Origin: a virus
Length of the DNA: 64,000 bases
Direction: 5' to 3' (one strand)
IMG/VR virus record: IMGVR_UViG_3300034061_001913
Location: 10,217-74,216 of that record
Part shown: positions 19,435 through 28,836 of the stretch, piece after piece
How positions within the stretch are numbered: position 1 is the stretch's first letter
Layout: each line of letters opens with the position of its first letter
Notes under the pieces: model-generated
The model's database searches: none
The model's input: the letters and a program-made list of their open reading frames with translations, nothing else
What the model was told of the DNA's origin: nothing
Position numbers and translations under genes: made by a program

Positions 19435-19639
19435 TAAAGCTAAAAAAGTTCTAGAAGAAGCTGGATACTACGTAAACAACCTATGGCATGTTGATGACGT
19501 GCATTCTAGATTTGATTGTTCTAAAGATGAAGCAATGAATGTTTTAGAAGAAGCTTTAACTTCAGATTCTACTTTTGAAGCAATCTGGTTTAATATAGAT
19601 TATTTCGGAAAAGAAGAAGGATTAGTAAGAAATGATTAA
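19424..19639 (+). CDS. Hypothetical protein
   Basis: ORF with LWHVDDV. Confidence 0.6.
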   Translation: MEIDKAKKVLEEAGYYVNNLWHVDDVHSRFDCSKDEAMNVLEEALTSDSTFEAIWFNIDYFGKEEGLVRND

Positions 19640-20099
19640 TAGAATTTACATACCGGGAACTCTTGTTAAAAAGATAGACGGTACTATACAACTCGATGGA
19701 GACCGTGATTTAATGCAAAGTTATTTCACGGAACTCCTTCGGGGAGATAACTACTGTGATGTAGAGATTTGTTTTATTAGAAACGAAGACAAGAAGAGTA
19801 ATCCACAGCTGCGTTATTTCTTTGGTATTGTTCTTCCTATCATTAAGCAAGCATTTGAAGAAATGCAAGGTGAGAGCTATTCTAAAGATGAGGTAGTTAA
19901 CTTGCTTAAGGATATGTACTTTTATGAAGAAAAGTATTCTCCTATTAGCCAAGACACTATCAAAGTACCTATGAGTTTAGAGCATGCTAAAAAAGCAGAG
20001 TTGGCTAAATTTATAGAGAAGTGTGTTACTTTTGCAACAGAGATACTTAATGTAAGTATCCCAGACTCCGCTAATTACATTAAGAAAGATGGCTTTTGA
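19632..20099 (+). CDS. NinB-like protein
   Basis: KSNPQLRYFFG...ELAKFIE...IPD pattern. Confidence 0.65.
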   Translation: MINRIYIPGTLVKKIDGTIQLDGDRDLMQSYFTELLRGDNYCDVEICFIRNEDKKSNPQLRYFFGIVLPIIKQAFEEMQGESYSKDEVVNLLKDMYFYEEKYSPISQDTIKVPMSLEHAKKAELAKFIEKCVTFATEILNVSIPDSANYIKKDGF

Positions 20100-20493
20100 A
20101 GATTCACCTAAAACTACAACTAAAAAGATTATAACTCCTATGATTCCTAGGACTCCTATGACTCCTAAAAACAATGCTTTAAAATTTGATGACGGTAAGC
20201 TTCCTTACTTTACAGTCTTGACTACTCAGTTTCCTCTTGCGGTTAAAGAAGTAGTAAGAAGAAGTCTAGAAGGCCACATCAAGTATGAAAAGCCTGGAGA
20301 ATGGGACAATTGGTTTAAAGTAGCAGAAGAGAGAGGTGTCTTGGCTTACAATAATGCTTTAATGAGACACTTATTCCAAGACGGAGAGGATACAGAACTA
20401 CAGCATGATGCAGCAGTTGCTTGGAATGCTCTAGCTAAACTAGAGTACAAACTAAGAAAAGGTATGTATCCAGAATTAAACAAAGAAAAATGA
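20089..20493 (+). CDS. DUF5664 dATP/dGTP diphosphohydrolase-like protein
   Basis: KFDDGK, GHIKY, NW, ALMRHL and HDAAVAWNAL. Confidence 0.75.
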   Translation: MAFEDSPKTTTKKIITPMIPRTPMTPKNNALKFDDGKLPYFTVLTTQFPLAVKEVVRRSLEGHIKYEKPGEWDNWFKVAEERGVLAYNNALMRHLFQDGEDTELQHDAAVAWNALAKLEYKLRKGMYPELNKEK

Positions 20494-21479
20494 TTATAGA
20501 TAACACTTATTTAGAAAACAAGGCTTTAAACCAAAGCCTATTAAAAAAGATACTAATACACCCTTCTTTATTCCTTAAGAGATTACAAGAACAAGAAGGG
20601 CAAGAATTACTAGATGACGAAGAGCCTAGTGAGAATATAATGATAGGAGATGCTTGCGATCTTATCTTAACCCAAGGAGAGTTTGTATTCCACGATCAAT
20701 TTGTAGTTACCGATATAGTTAAGCCTAGTGGACAAGTAGGTGACTATGCTTGGTATTTATTCATTACCGGTAGCGAAGAGCTAGCTTATCAAAAAACAGG
20801 AGCCAAGATTACTCACCTAGCTTTAAAAGCTAAATTTGACAAAGACGGAAAAGACTATTATGAAGCTTTATGTAACAACAAAGACAAAAAGATTATAACT
20901 ACTGAACAGTTTAACAAAATCCAAACAGTGGTAGAGAGTCTTCGTTATAATGAGTTTGTAAAACACTACTTTACTAATACTCCGAATTGTGAAAACTTCT
21001 ACCAAGTAGAACTTAGTTTTAACTATGATGGAGAAGAGTGCAAAGGTTTGATGGATTTAATCCATATAAACCATAGCCAGAAACGTATAATCCCCGTAGA
21101 TTTAAAAGTAACAGAGAGTCCTACTGATAGCTGGGAATGGATATTCTGGAAGATGGGATACTACTTTCAATCGGCTTTTTACAGTAAAGGTTTAGAGCTT
21201 AATCCTCCTAGTCAAATTAAATCCTTATTAAAAGAAGGATACACACTAGAAAACTTTTCTTTTGTGGTTGAGTCTTTCAGGTATCCTGGAAGTCCTCAAG
21301 AATATATCTGTTCTGACAGCATCTTACAATTAGGAGAGCTTGGAGGCAAGAAAGATAACCGACATTACTTTGGGTTCCAAGAAGCTATCAAAAGATATAA
21401 GTGGCATACAGAAACTAATATATGGCACTATCCTATGGAAGTTTACATTAACAAAGGAAGAAAAATATTAGATATATGA
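20490..21479 (+). CDS. PD-(D/E)XK exonuclease (RecE/ExoVIII-like)
   Basis: NQSLLK, CKGLMDLI...VDLKVT and YYFQSAFY. Confidence 0.8.
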   Translation: MIIDNTYLENKALNQSLLKKILIHPSLFLKRLQEQEGQELLDDEEPSENIMIGDACDLILTQGEFVFHDQFVVTDIVKPSGQVGDYAWYLFITGSEELAYQKTGAKITHLALKAKFDKDGKDYYEALCNNKDKKIITTEQFNKIQTVVESLRYNEFVKHYFTNTPNCENFYQVELSFNYDGEECKGLMDLIHINHSQKRIIPVDLKVTESPTDSWEWIFWKMGYYFQSAFYSKGLELNPPSQIKSLLKEGYTLENFSFVVESFRYPGSPQEYICSDSILQLGELGGKKDNRHYFGFQEAIKRYKWHTETNIWHYPMEVYINKGRKILDI

Positions 21480-21934
21480 GCTTTAACAAGACAACTCTTA
21501 TTCTGCACTCTTTGATTTTTGAGAAAGGAAGTCTTAACTTGTTAAAGAAAGTAGGTCTACATAATATATACTTAGATGACCATGGTTCAAGAAAGAAATA
21601 CAGAAACTGTATATTCTTTTTGTTTAATATTAATGTAGACTTTGTTATTAAGTCTGATAAGCACGGCCTTAATATAATAGCGTTCTTAGATAGTATAGCT
21701 AGCTTTAGTTCTTATCACGACTATTACGAGACAGAGGACGGCTGGATGTTTGTATTTAGATACAATACAGTGTTTAAGCCTGATATAAAGGCTTTTAGGG
21801 AGAGTAAGTTCTCTGAACTCTCTACTGTCTTTAAGGAAGCAGTTTGTCCAAACGCAGAAGAAATATTAAAGGAATCTTCTAAGGTGAATTTAGAAGAAGA
21901 GATTTATAGATATAATAAAAAGGGGAGTTTTTAA
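21476..21934 (+). CDS. Hypothetical protein, last gene of the + arm
   Basis: ORF coupled by ATGA. Confidence 0.65.
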   Translation: MSFNKTTLILHSLIFEKGSLNLLKKVGLHNIYLDDHGSRKKYRNCIFFLFNINVDFVIKSDKHGLNIIAFLDSIASFSSYHDYYETEDGWMFVFRYNTVFKPDIKAFRESKFSELSTVFKEAVCPNAEEILKESSKVNLEEEIYRYNKKGSF

Positions 21935-21945
21935 CTCTCCTTTTC
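21917..21945. terminator. Probable bidirectional terminator where the two arms converge
   Basis: AAAAGGGGAGTT/AACTCTCCTTTT spanning the two overlapping stop codons. Confidence 0.65.
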
Positions 21946-22359
21946 TTCTCTTTTTTGTATTTTATGAGTGTCTATCTTTTCTAGAATTATAGTGAGAAGT
22001 TCGTTCTCAATCAATCCTGCTCTCTTTGCGTTCTTCAAAGCAGAGATAAGCTGGAAAAGAATGAATGGAGCACACACAGTTTCGCTAAGCCAAGATGTTC
22101 CGGGGAAACCTTTTTCTATCAAAAGCACTCCGGTTAGGATTAGAATCCAAACAAACAAAGTAGTTAATACTTTAACTGCTTTCTTAGTTTGGAAACCTTC
22201 TGTTTTAGATCCAGCCCAAATTCCAAAGAAGCCATCAATCATAATCACGGAAACAACAGCTAGGTACTGTTCAGCATTATCTGCACCAAGTTTAAAAAAG
22301 TAAGTACCTATTAAGGCAAAGAATGTAGTAACCATGTATAATAGTGAAGTAGTTTTCAT
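21931..22359 (-). CDS. Holin
   Basis: About 3-4 hydrophobic segments, IDGFFG, ISALKN and a charged C-terminal tail. Confidence 0.75.
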   Translation of the reverse strand: MKTTSLLYMVTTFFALIGTYFFKLGADNAEQYLAVVSVIMIDGFFGIWAGSKTEGFQTKKAVKVLTTLFVWILILTGVLLIEKGFPGTSWLSETVCAPFILFQLISALKNAKRAGLIENELLTIILEKIDTHKIQKREEKES

Positions 22360-22374
22360 TTTTAAATTAATAGT

Positions 22375-22668
22375 TTAGATTTCTCCTTCTGAAACAAGTT
22401 TAAGAACGTAATACTCAACCAAGTCTGCAACGTTTTCAGCAACAGTCTTTGTTGGGTCTCCCATTGTGCTTTCTAAGTCAGCAGTGTCTAGTGGCCCACT
22501 AACAACATTAAAGTGAAGTTCTTGAATATCTGAAATTGGGTTTCCGTTTGAATCTACGCAGTATTTAAAACCGATAAGCTGATAGCCTATTTCTGGAGTA
22601 ATTAATTTACATTTTACTTTTTGGTTATAACCGTGTCTAGTTTGATTTATGCTAATAATATATTTCAT
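22375..22668 (-). CDS. Hypothetical protein downstream of the fibre gene
   Basis: ORF. Confidence 0.6.
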   Translation of the reverse strand: MKYIISINQTRHGYNQKVKCKLITPEIGYQLIGFKYCVDSNGNPISDIQELHFNVVSGPLDTADLESTMGDPTKTVAENVADLVEYYVLKLVSEGEI

Positions 22669-22683
22669 GATTTATTTTTAATT

Positions 22684-23730
22684 TTAGTATTTAACTTGTG
22701 TTAATTCAACAGTTGCAACTACTCTAAAAGTAGTAGTAGTACCTGCAGTTGAAGGAGGAGTAAACTGAACTCTTAAAGCTTCGTTAGTATCGTCTGCAGT
22801 AATAGTCACTACAGAGGTACTCATAGTTGCATCTGCTTGTGCTGTTCCAATAGTTTGAACAGAGCCAACAAGAGAAGTAGTTGTGTTAAGTCTCTTTATA
22901 CCTGCATGTCTTTCAGTTACATAAGATGCTCCAACAACAGTTGTTCCGTTACCAGTTGCAGTACAAATAGCTACAAGTTGAATTCTTACCATCCATAGTG
23001 TATTTGTTGCAGGAAGAATTGCTTGTATACTTGAACCGTCAAGAAACAAATCAGCAATTGCGGTTCCGGTAATAGCTCTACGCATTTGAATAGTTCCCAT
23101 TTGAGCATCAGCAAGTGCAGAAAACTGACCTGCTGAGTATGCTTGCATTGCATAAAGAGTAGCGTTTGCTTGTCTACCCCCAACTATAGAACCAAAACTT
23201 GCATTTATTTGATTTAAATAACCACCTGTTAAAGTAGCCCAATCTCCATTTAAATAGTTTGATTCTCCAGCACCTATAAATGCGTTTGCACCTGATTGTA
23301 TATTATTTGAAGTACCACCCCCTATAAAAGAATATGTACCCCCATTAGTGTTATCATATCCGCCACAGATTACAAATCCGTTATTAAAACCGTAGTTAGA
23401 AAATCCTGAGCCTATAAATGACCAAACACCTCCTGCTTGATTATCTTGACCACCTCCAATAACTGAGTAGTTTCCACCTGCTACCATAGCTGCAGTAGAA
23501 CGAGCTCTTTGAAGGTCTACTGCATATTGACCACGAGAGTTACCACCAGCAGCAGTTGCGTCAGGTATAGTACAAACTAAAGCACCAGTACCTTTTGGTC
23601 TTATTGCAGCGTTTACATTAGTAGCACTTACTTTAGGAGTAAATGAAACTGTATCTTGAGTAGTAGTAGAGGAGGCTTCTATCCAAAATTTAAGACCTCC
23701 ACCTGTAAATGAAACTGTAGCGCAACTCAT
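22684..23730 (-). CDS. Tail fibre/adhesin-like virion protein
   Basis: About 7 beta-roll-like repeats (FIGGGxxN); Thr/Ala/Gly-rich. Confidence 0.65.
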   Translation of the reverse strand: MSCATVSFTGGGLKFWIEASSTTTQDTVSFTPKVSATNVNAAIRPKGTGALVCTIPDATAAGGNSRGQYAVDLQRARSTAAMVAGGNYSVIGGGQDNQAGGVWSFIGSGFSNYGFNNGFVICGGYDNTNGGTYSFIGGGTSNNIQSGANAFIGAGESNYLNGDWATLTGGYLNQINASFGSIVGGRQANATLYAMQAYSAGQFSALADAQMGTIQMRRAITGTAIADLFLDGSSIQAILPATNTLWMVRIQLVAICTATGNGTTVVGASYVTERHAGIKRLNTTTSLVGSVQTIGTAQADATMSTSVVTITADDTNEALRVQFTPPSTAGTTTTFRVVATVELTQVKY

Positions 23731-23732
23731 AA

Positions 23733-24083
23733 TTAATAAATGTAAATTAGTTTAACTGTACCACCAACTGCAGTAATTGTAAGAGTCTGTGTGTTGGTAG
23801 TTGAAAAGCTTAGATTCCCGTTAGTCTCAAAGGTGTTAGTACTTGTTCCGTTTGCTACTTGAATAGTAGCACCAGATCCTAGTTCCCAAGCAAAGCTATG
23901 TACTGTACCTGGAGTAAATACTTGAGTTCCAGCAGCAGCTATGGAGACGCTATCCATCTCATTGTATGTAACTAAGGGAGCAATGTTTGTGTTTATGCAG
24001 CATAGTTGCTCGTGGATAGCTCTTAGCTTTTTGTTTGACTCGTTAATCCCATCTGTAGGGTTAGTCATCTTTTTATTTTGCAT
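23733..24083 (-). CDS. Small putative virion protein with an NPTDGIN...QLCC N-terminal module
   Basis: N-terminal ~28 aa shared with 24119..25447. Confidence 0.65.
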   Translation of the reverse strand: MQNKKMTNPTDGINESNKKLRAIHEQLCCINTNIAPLVTYNEMDSVSIAAAGTQVFTPGTVHSFAWELGSGATIQVANGTSTNTFETNGNLSFSTTNTQTLTITAVGGTVKLIYIY

Positions 24084-24118
24084 TTCTATACAATTTTAAT
24101 ATTTTACATTAATTTAAA

Positions 24119-25447
24119 TTATCGGCTTATTTCTTCCCAGTCCATTGATGCGAGAACATTACCACCCCCACCTCCAGCATCAGAAGCAACTAAAATAGTA
24201 AGTTCAAAAGGAGTTGATGTGAATGAATTTCTTTCAAGCTGTGTTTTAAATAGTGCTTCTTTAAGAATATCAACTTGGGTTGATCCTTGGTTTGATACAC
24301 CAAAAAATCCACTTGCAAGTATTCTACCTCCTGTAAATGAAGTTCCTGTTATATTATACTGAACAGAAGAACCACCAGGAGCATCAACCCAACTACCTGC
24401 TGCAGTAGTTCCTGATGCTACAACTTGCCAGTTATAATGACCTGATGTAGTTGCTATTACAGAAATTGCTGTGCATATTACTATAGCATCTAATCTATTA
24501 GGCGATGTTTTAAGACGTAAACTTACTACGGGGTAAAATGTTCCAGCTACGGATAAGTTCTTTGGAGTAGTTACAGGAATACCAACCGCTTGTTGCAATC
24601 CATTAAGTTGATACCCTCCTTCAGACAGTACAGTAGAACATATTTGTTTTAATGTACTTGCTCCACTTGTAGCTCCTGTGTTTGTTATTTCATATCTAAG
24701 TGGTAATGAAGCTGTAGTTATATATGTAGAAGTAATAATGTTAGCATGATGAAACTTATGGCAAACATAAAAGTTGCCATCTATAACAAAACCTATCCTA
24801 ACTGTTCCTACTCCTAACCACTCTAAATCCATAAACAGAATCTGAGCCTTTGTTAAATTAAGGGTTATTCCACTAGGTCCTGAACCATCCATAGGATCCA
24901 CATTCCAACTTGCTTGAGCAACTGGAGTGTCCACTAATGAACCTGAAACAGAACTTCTTTCAACAAAACTCACTGTGTTGTTGTTTAGTTCTAAATAATA
25001 CCCATTAGCTGCTCCATAATACCCAACTCTTTGTCTAAGACCTGTTTTAGCAGCAGACAGTACAAAAGTATTTAAAATAAGAAGAGATTTACCCGGTTGA
25101 TAAGCAAACACTTTAGTAGTTTCTCTTAATACGGAAGAACCAGAGGCTGCTGTAACATTTAAGTCAACAAGTCCTTGGCTAGAATTAAACACAGCAGTAC
25201 CACTAGTAGCAGTTGATGTTGACCAAAGTCCGTTATCTGCAAATCTATGACTAGAATCAAATAATGTAAAAGGAGAAGATGTTCTTAATCTGCCAAAAGA
25301 ATCTAACTGAGAAGTACCGGCTAAGATAACAGATGCTCCAGTATTTAAGGTAGCATTGGCACAACAGAGTTGTTGTTCTATTGCTTGTAATTGTTTATTA
25401 CTTTGGTTAATCCCGTCTGTAGGATTTGTCATCTTCTTATAAGTCAT
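24119..25447 (-). CDS. Putative virion structural/receptor-binding protein
   Basis: Beta-rich, S/T/G-rich; DSFGRLR, YQPGKS and EWLGVG motifs. Confidence 0.7.
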   Translation of the reverse strand: MTYKKMTNPTDGINQSNKQLQAIEQQLCCANATLNTGASVILAGTSQLDSFGRLRTSSPFTLFDSSHRFADNGLWSTSTATSGTAVFNSSQGLVDLNVTAASGSSVLRETTKVFAYQPGKSLLILNTFVLSAAKTGLRQRVGYYGAANGYYLELNNNTVSFVERSSVSGSLVDTPVAQASWNVDPMDGSGPSGITLNLTKAQILFMDLEWLGVGTVRIGFVIDGNFYVCHKFHHANIITSTYITTASLPLRYEITNTGATSGASTLKQICSTVLSEGGYQLNGLQQAVGIPVTTPKNLSVAGTFYPVVSLRLKTSPNRLDAIVICTAISVIATTSGHYNWQVVASGTTAAGSWVDAPGGSSVQYNITGTSFTGGRILASGFFGVSNQGSTQVDILKEALFKTQLERNSFTSTPFELTILVASDAGGGGGNVLASMDWEEISR

Positions 25448-25491
25448 AACTATACGGATTAGAAAATCCCGTCCTTTCGGACCAATAACTT

Positions 25492-25521
25492 CAAATATAA
25501 ACTTTTTTTAAAATTTGTCAA
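25492..25521 (-). promoter_or_regulatory. Bacteroidota-type promoter for the fibre/holin operon
   Basis: Minus strand TTG(ACA)-N19-TATATTTG. Confidence 0.7.
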
Positions 25522-25522
25522 C

Positions 25523-25551
25523 AAAAAAAATCCCACTGGTTAGGTGGGATT
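25523..25551 (-). terminator. Intrinsic terminator
   Basis: AATCCCAC/GTGGGATT stem followed by a T run on the minus strand. Confidence 0.7.
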
Positions 25552-25607
25552 AAATGGAAATTAAAAACAAGTAACGGGTTATCGAAAGATTATAGCGGTT
25601 TTATTGG

Positions 25608-25874
25608 TTACTCAGGATCGTTTTTAAGAACTGTAAAGTCTTCTGTAGACTCTGAAGGAAATTCTCCTTTAATAGCAATTCCTTCGTCCAACATTCTTTT
25701 TAGAATGTCTTGACTAACTTGTACTGCAGGGAAAAACAACTCTTGATAGTCCTTAATACTAAGTTGATTTAGAGGAATCTCAAACATAGATACAAGTCTT
25801 GCTAGAAATTCAAACTCTCTACCAGTTACTTTAATCTTTGCTTCGGGAGACCATGATATTTTTTCTTGTTCCAT
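25608..25874 (-). CDS. Hypothetical protein
   Basis: ORF between a promoter and a terminator. Confidence 0.65.
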   Translation of the reverse strand: MEQEKISWSPEAKIKVTGREFEFLARLVSMFEIPLNQLSIKDYQELFFPAVQVSQDILKRMLDEGIAIKGEFPSESTEDFTVLKNDPE

Positions 25875-25892
25875 AAAAATTTGTTATGTTGT

Positions 25893-25926
25893 TTGCAAAT
25901 ATAGTGCCGTGGTTTTATATTTGCAA
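25893..25926. promoter_or_regulatory. Palindromic bidirectional promoter
   Basis: TTGCAAATATA-N12-TATATTTGCAA gives TTG-N20-TATATTTG on both strands. Confidence 0.75.
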
Positions 25927-25938
25927 GTATACATATAC

Positions 25939-26310
25939 ATGGAAAATAAAAATTTATTTTGGTATCACGAAGAGTTTGAAAGGGAAGTCGAGAAACGTAT
26001 TCAACATGAAGACGAGATGGAATTTATTCCACAGAAAGAGAAAACACTAGTAGTTAAAGGTGCTTTTAACATAGAGCACATATCTGCATGTCGTATTGTT
26101 GAAGGCGGAAACATCGAAATCTATCTTAACCTAGCACACGATCAAATGATTCCAGACCCCAGCAAGCCTAAGTACAAAATGATTGACGGTCAAAAGCAGA
26201 TTATCGGCTTTGAGCAAAAAGTATTTGTTATGCCAATGGGTGTCAGTTTGACAGTAGCAGAAGATAAGGAACGCTTTTTGAAACTAACTGGAGGAGAACA
26301 ACATGTTTAA
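25939..26310 (+). CDS. Hypothetical protein
   Basis: ATG 25939 lies downstream of the promoter (the track starts it at GTG 25909). Confidence 0.65.
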   Translation: MENKNLFWYHEEFEREVEKRIQHEDEMEFIPQKEKTLVVKGAFNIEHISACRIVEGGNIEIYLNLAHDQMIPDPSKPKYKMIDGQKQIIGFEQKVFVMPMGVSLTVAEDKERFLKLTGGEQHV

Positions 26311-26554
26311 GCCATTAGGAAATAGAATCCTGGTTAAGCCAAATGAAAAAGAAGATATGGTTAATGGCTTATATATTCCGGACCAAATAAAAACCAATCC
26401 TCCACGAGGTGTCGTTGAGGCAGTTGGTCCAGAGTGTAAAGACTTGGAACCAGGACTCTTTGTTTACTATAGTGAGCATAGTGGTTCTCCTCTTAAATTA
26501 GATAAAGAAGAATATCTGATTATGAGAGAAACTGACATATTCGGAATTGAATAG
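26303..26554 (+). CDS. groES: Co-chaperonin GroES
   Basis: FKPLGNRILVK, GLYIPD, GVVEAVGP and YLIMRETDIFG. Confidence 0.92.
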   Translation: MFKPLGNRILVKPNEKEDMVNGLYIPDQIKTNPPRGVVEAVGPECKDLEPGLFVYYSEHSGSPLKLDKEEYLIMRETDIFGIE

Positions 26555-26577
26555 TCATAACTGTTTTTCAAAAACCA

Positions 26578-26614
26578 ATAAAAAAAGGGAGTTTATGACT
26601 CCCTTTTCTTTTTT
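26578..26614. terminator. Bidirectional terminator
   Basis: AAAAGGGAGT/ACTCCCTTTT with A and T tracts between convergent genes. Confidence 0.75.
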
Positions 26615-26852
26615 ATAACGACAAAACTCTAGGGTTATCTAGAGGTACATTTGTTAACATAACTGTAAGACCATAGAGTTCAGTCCAAGTTTCTTTCATG
26701 TTTTTAGTATTGATTCCTATACTGTTTAGGATAGCATCGTAATGCTCACGATTTAAAAGCAGGTGAGTTGGTTTTTTACGAACTAACTCGCCAAGCTCAT
26801 TGACATAAGTTTGGTTTTCTATTTCCATACACTGTTCTACTATATTAAACAT
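26613..26852 (-). CDS. Hypothetical protein
   Basis: ORF overlapping the upstream stop. Confidence 0.6.
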   Translation of the reverse strand: MFNIVEQCMEIENQTYVNELGELVRKKPTHLLLNREHYDAILNSIGINTKNMKETWTELYGLTVMLTNVPLDNPRVLSL

Positions 26853-28101
26853 ACAATCTCTCCTCTACGGTCATTGATACTCCATATTCTTTATCGTAAA
26901 CAATAGCTTGTGCAGCCTTAATAGCGTTTACAAAGTTGGATTGGTTGTGCCAATTATCTTCTTTTGACAGCGAAGGTAATTGTTTTATGCGAACTCCTTG
27001 TATTTCTTTTTCAAACACATGGTGTTTATCACCGGTAAGGATTTCATGGTAGGAACACTCTCCCCACTCTTTAGTAAATTCTTTAGCAAATATTAAAGGT
27101 AGGTCAGCAATCTTACAGTCTCCATGGTGCATACCTATGAAAGTAGAACCGTAAGTAAATATCTTGCGAGGTGCAGGGTTCGTATCGAATAATATATTAG
27201 TTTGTTTTTCAAAGTATTTCTCCAAGGCATAAGCTAGATAAAACTCTTTTGTTCTTGCGTGGTTCCCAGAAACTAAAATGATATTTAAAGTATCGCAAAA
27301 CTGAACTAGTATATTAATAACAGTAGCGTAAATATCAAATCCTTCTACAAAAGCTTTATCCCAAGTAGTGTTTACATTCTGAGGAGTTTGGTTAGTAGTT
27401 GTTCCTTGGTAAGTGTCGGTGTGTAACATATCACTTCCTAAAACAAATACAATCTGCTCTATATAGTTAGATTGGTAGGCTCTAAAAAGAAGTCTCTTAG
27501 TTATATTAAAGAACTGTTCTTTCTTTTCTTCTAGAGTAGTTCCGTAAATGTCTAATTTGTCTAAGTGAAAATCGGTCAAGTGAAGGAACAAACAAGTCGG
27601 CCTGGTTAGCTGGCTATTCTTGAGAACGTTACTTTCTGTAATTACTTTGTAATTACTTTTATAACCTTCAAGAGCTTTTACAAAGTCTTCTGCTTCTGCT
27701 GTTTCTACTGTTTTTTTAACAGCAAACACACTAGAAGTAAAAGAGCCATTAGGTTGTTTCTTACTCCAGTAGTTTTTAATTATGTAAAGATTAGGGTTGA
27801 TCTTGTGCTCTTTGTAAAGTTCCTCTACTGACTTAGGTTGAAAGTTTATACTAATTGTACTTTCTAGTGTACCCTTGGCAAAGTTTTCTTTTACGCTAGT
27901 TGTAGGGTCATGCTTATCAAACCTAGCATTACTTCTTCTACCAAAGGCAACCCTTTTTAAATCTCTTACGTGCTTGGCAGTTTTTTCTGGGTTCTTTAGA
28001 AAGAAATTAAATTTCTTTGCTACTTCTAAAGCCTTTAAATCCGTGTTAGGATTTTGTTTGTAGAACTCTACAATTGCTTTTTCTATGTTTAATATGTCCA
28101 T
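26845..28101 (-). CDS. Calcineurin-like metallophosphoesterase with an N-terminal extension
   Basis: DFH, GSDMLH, GNH, HHGD and GDKHH motifs. Confidence 0.85.
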   Translation of the reverse strand: MDILNIEKAIVEFYKQNPNTDLKALEVAKKFNFFLKNPEKTAKHVRDLKRVAFGRRSNARFDKHDPTTSVKENFAKGTLESTISINFQPKSVEELYKEHKINPNLYIIKNYWSKKQPNGSFTSSVFAVKKTVETAEAEDFVKALEGYKSNYKVITESNVLKNSQLTRPTCLFLHLTDFHLDKLDIYGTTLEEKKEQFFNITKRLLFRAYQSNYIEQIVFVLGSDMLHTDTYQGTTTNQTPQNVNTTWDKAFVEGFDIYATVINILVQFCDTLNIILVSGNHARTKEFYLAYALEKYFEKQTNILFDTNPAPRKIFTYGSTFIGMHHGDCKIADLPLIFAKEFTKEWGECSYHEILTGDKHHVFEKEIQGVRIKQLPSLSKEDNWHNQSNFVNAIKAAQAIVYDKEYGVSMTVEERLYV

Positions 28102-28163
28102 ATATTAGACTATATGGAATACAAATCTAAGTGCTCGGATTTGTAATTCCTAATTTTTAAATT

Positions 28164-28598
28164 TTACTTAGTAACGAAGAGTGTAAAAAAGACAAGTGTA
28201 GTTCCCTGGAATATCTTTTTCCAAAGTGATTCTATTTGTTCTTTTTTGATAGCATCAGCTAGTTCTTTTTCTTTTCCTTTAAACTTATCGGCCCATTCTT
28301 TGTCAAGGATTTGATACTTGACAATAGTTGTATCCTTAGCAGCTATGATTTGAGAATCTAAAGAGATTCTTTCTCTAAGTACAAATACAAGCTTTCTAGC
28401 CTCTAAGCCTTTAGCTAAGTATATATTGATTGTTTTCTTAGAAATGGTATCTACTTGCTTGATAGTATCAGCTGTGATAGTATCATTTGATAGCTGAATC
28501 CAAGGCTTTGTGTTCCCGGATAAGCTCTTCGGTAATAATATGCTGACTACTGTCAGCAGTAAGTATAATCCTTTCAATGGTTTTAAGATGTTCTTCAT
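28164..28598 (-). CDS. Putative spanin-like lysis accessory protein
   Basis: Hydrophobic N- and C-termini; overlaps the upstream gene out of frame; follows the endolysin. Confidence 0.5.
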   Translation of the reverse strand: MKNILKPLKGLYLLLTVVSILLPKSLSGNTKPWIQLSNDTITADTIKQVDTISKKTINIYLAKGLEARKLVFVLRERISLDSQIIAAKDTTIVKYQILDKEWADKFKGKEKELADAIKKEQIESLWKKIFQGTTLVFFTLFVTK

Positions 28599-28836
28599 GT
28601 ATTGTTTTTTCTTTTACTAACAAAGTCTTTTTCTGGACTTGAAGCGAATCGACTTTTGTGTTTAACTTATTTATCTCTGAGTAGATAGAGTCTAATTTAG
28701 TATCACGGACAGATGTCTCGTAGTTCTGTGAGCAAGATTTAAAAATTAAAACCAAGCCTAAAAAAAGAACAATCAAGGATACAGTATCCAAGAGTATAGT
28801 AAAGTTAGTCTTTAGTACAGAGTTTAATTTCTTCAT
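28483..28836 (-). CDS. Putative spanin-like membrane coiled-coil protein
   Basis: N-terminal TM segment, FKSC, coiled coil; coupled to the endolysin. Confidence 0.55.
   Translation of the reverse strand: MKKLNSVLKTNFTILLDTVSLIVLFLGLVLIFKSCSQNYETSVRDTKLDSIYSEINKLNTKVDSLQVQKKTLLVKEKTIHEEHLKTIERIILTADSSQHIITEELIREHKALDSAIK

Noticed and set aside
22684-25447. Diversity-generating retroelement targeting the fibre genes
   Set aside because: No reverse transcriptase and no TR/VR pair with adenine-specific mismatches seen in the window.
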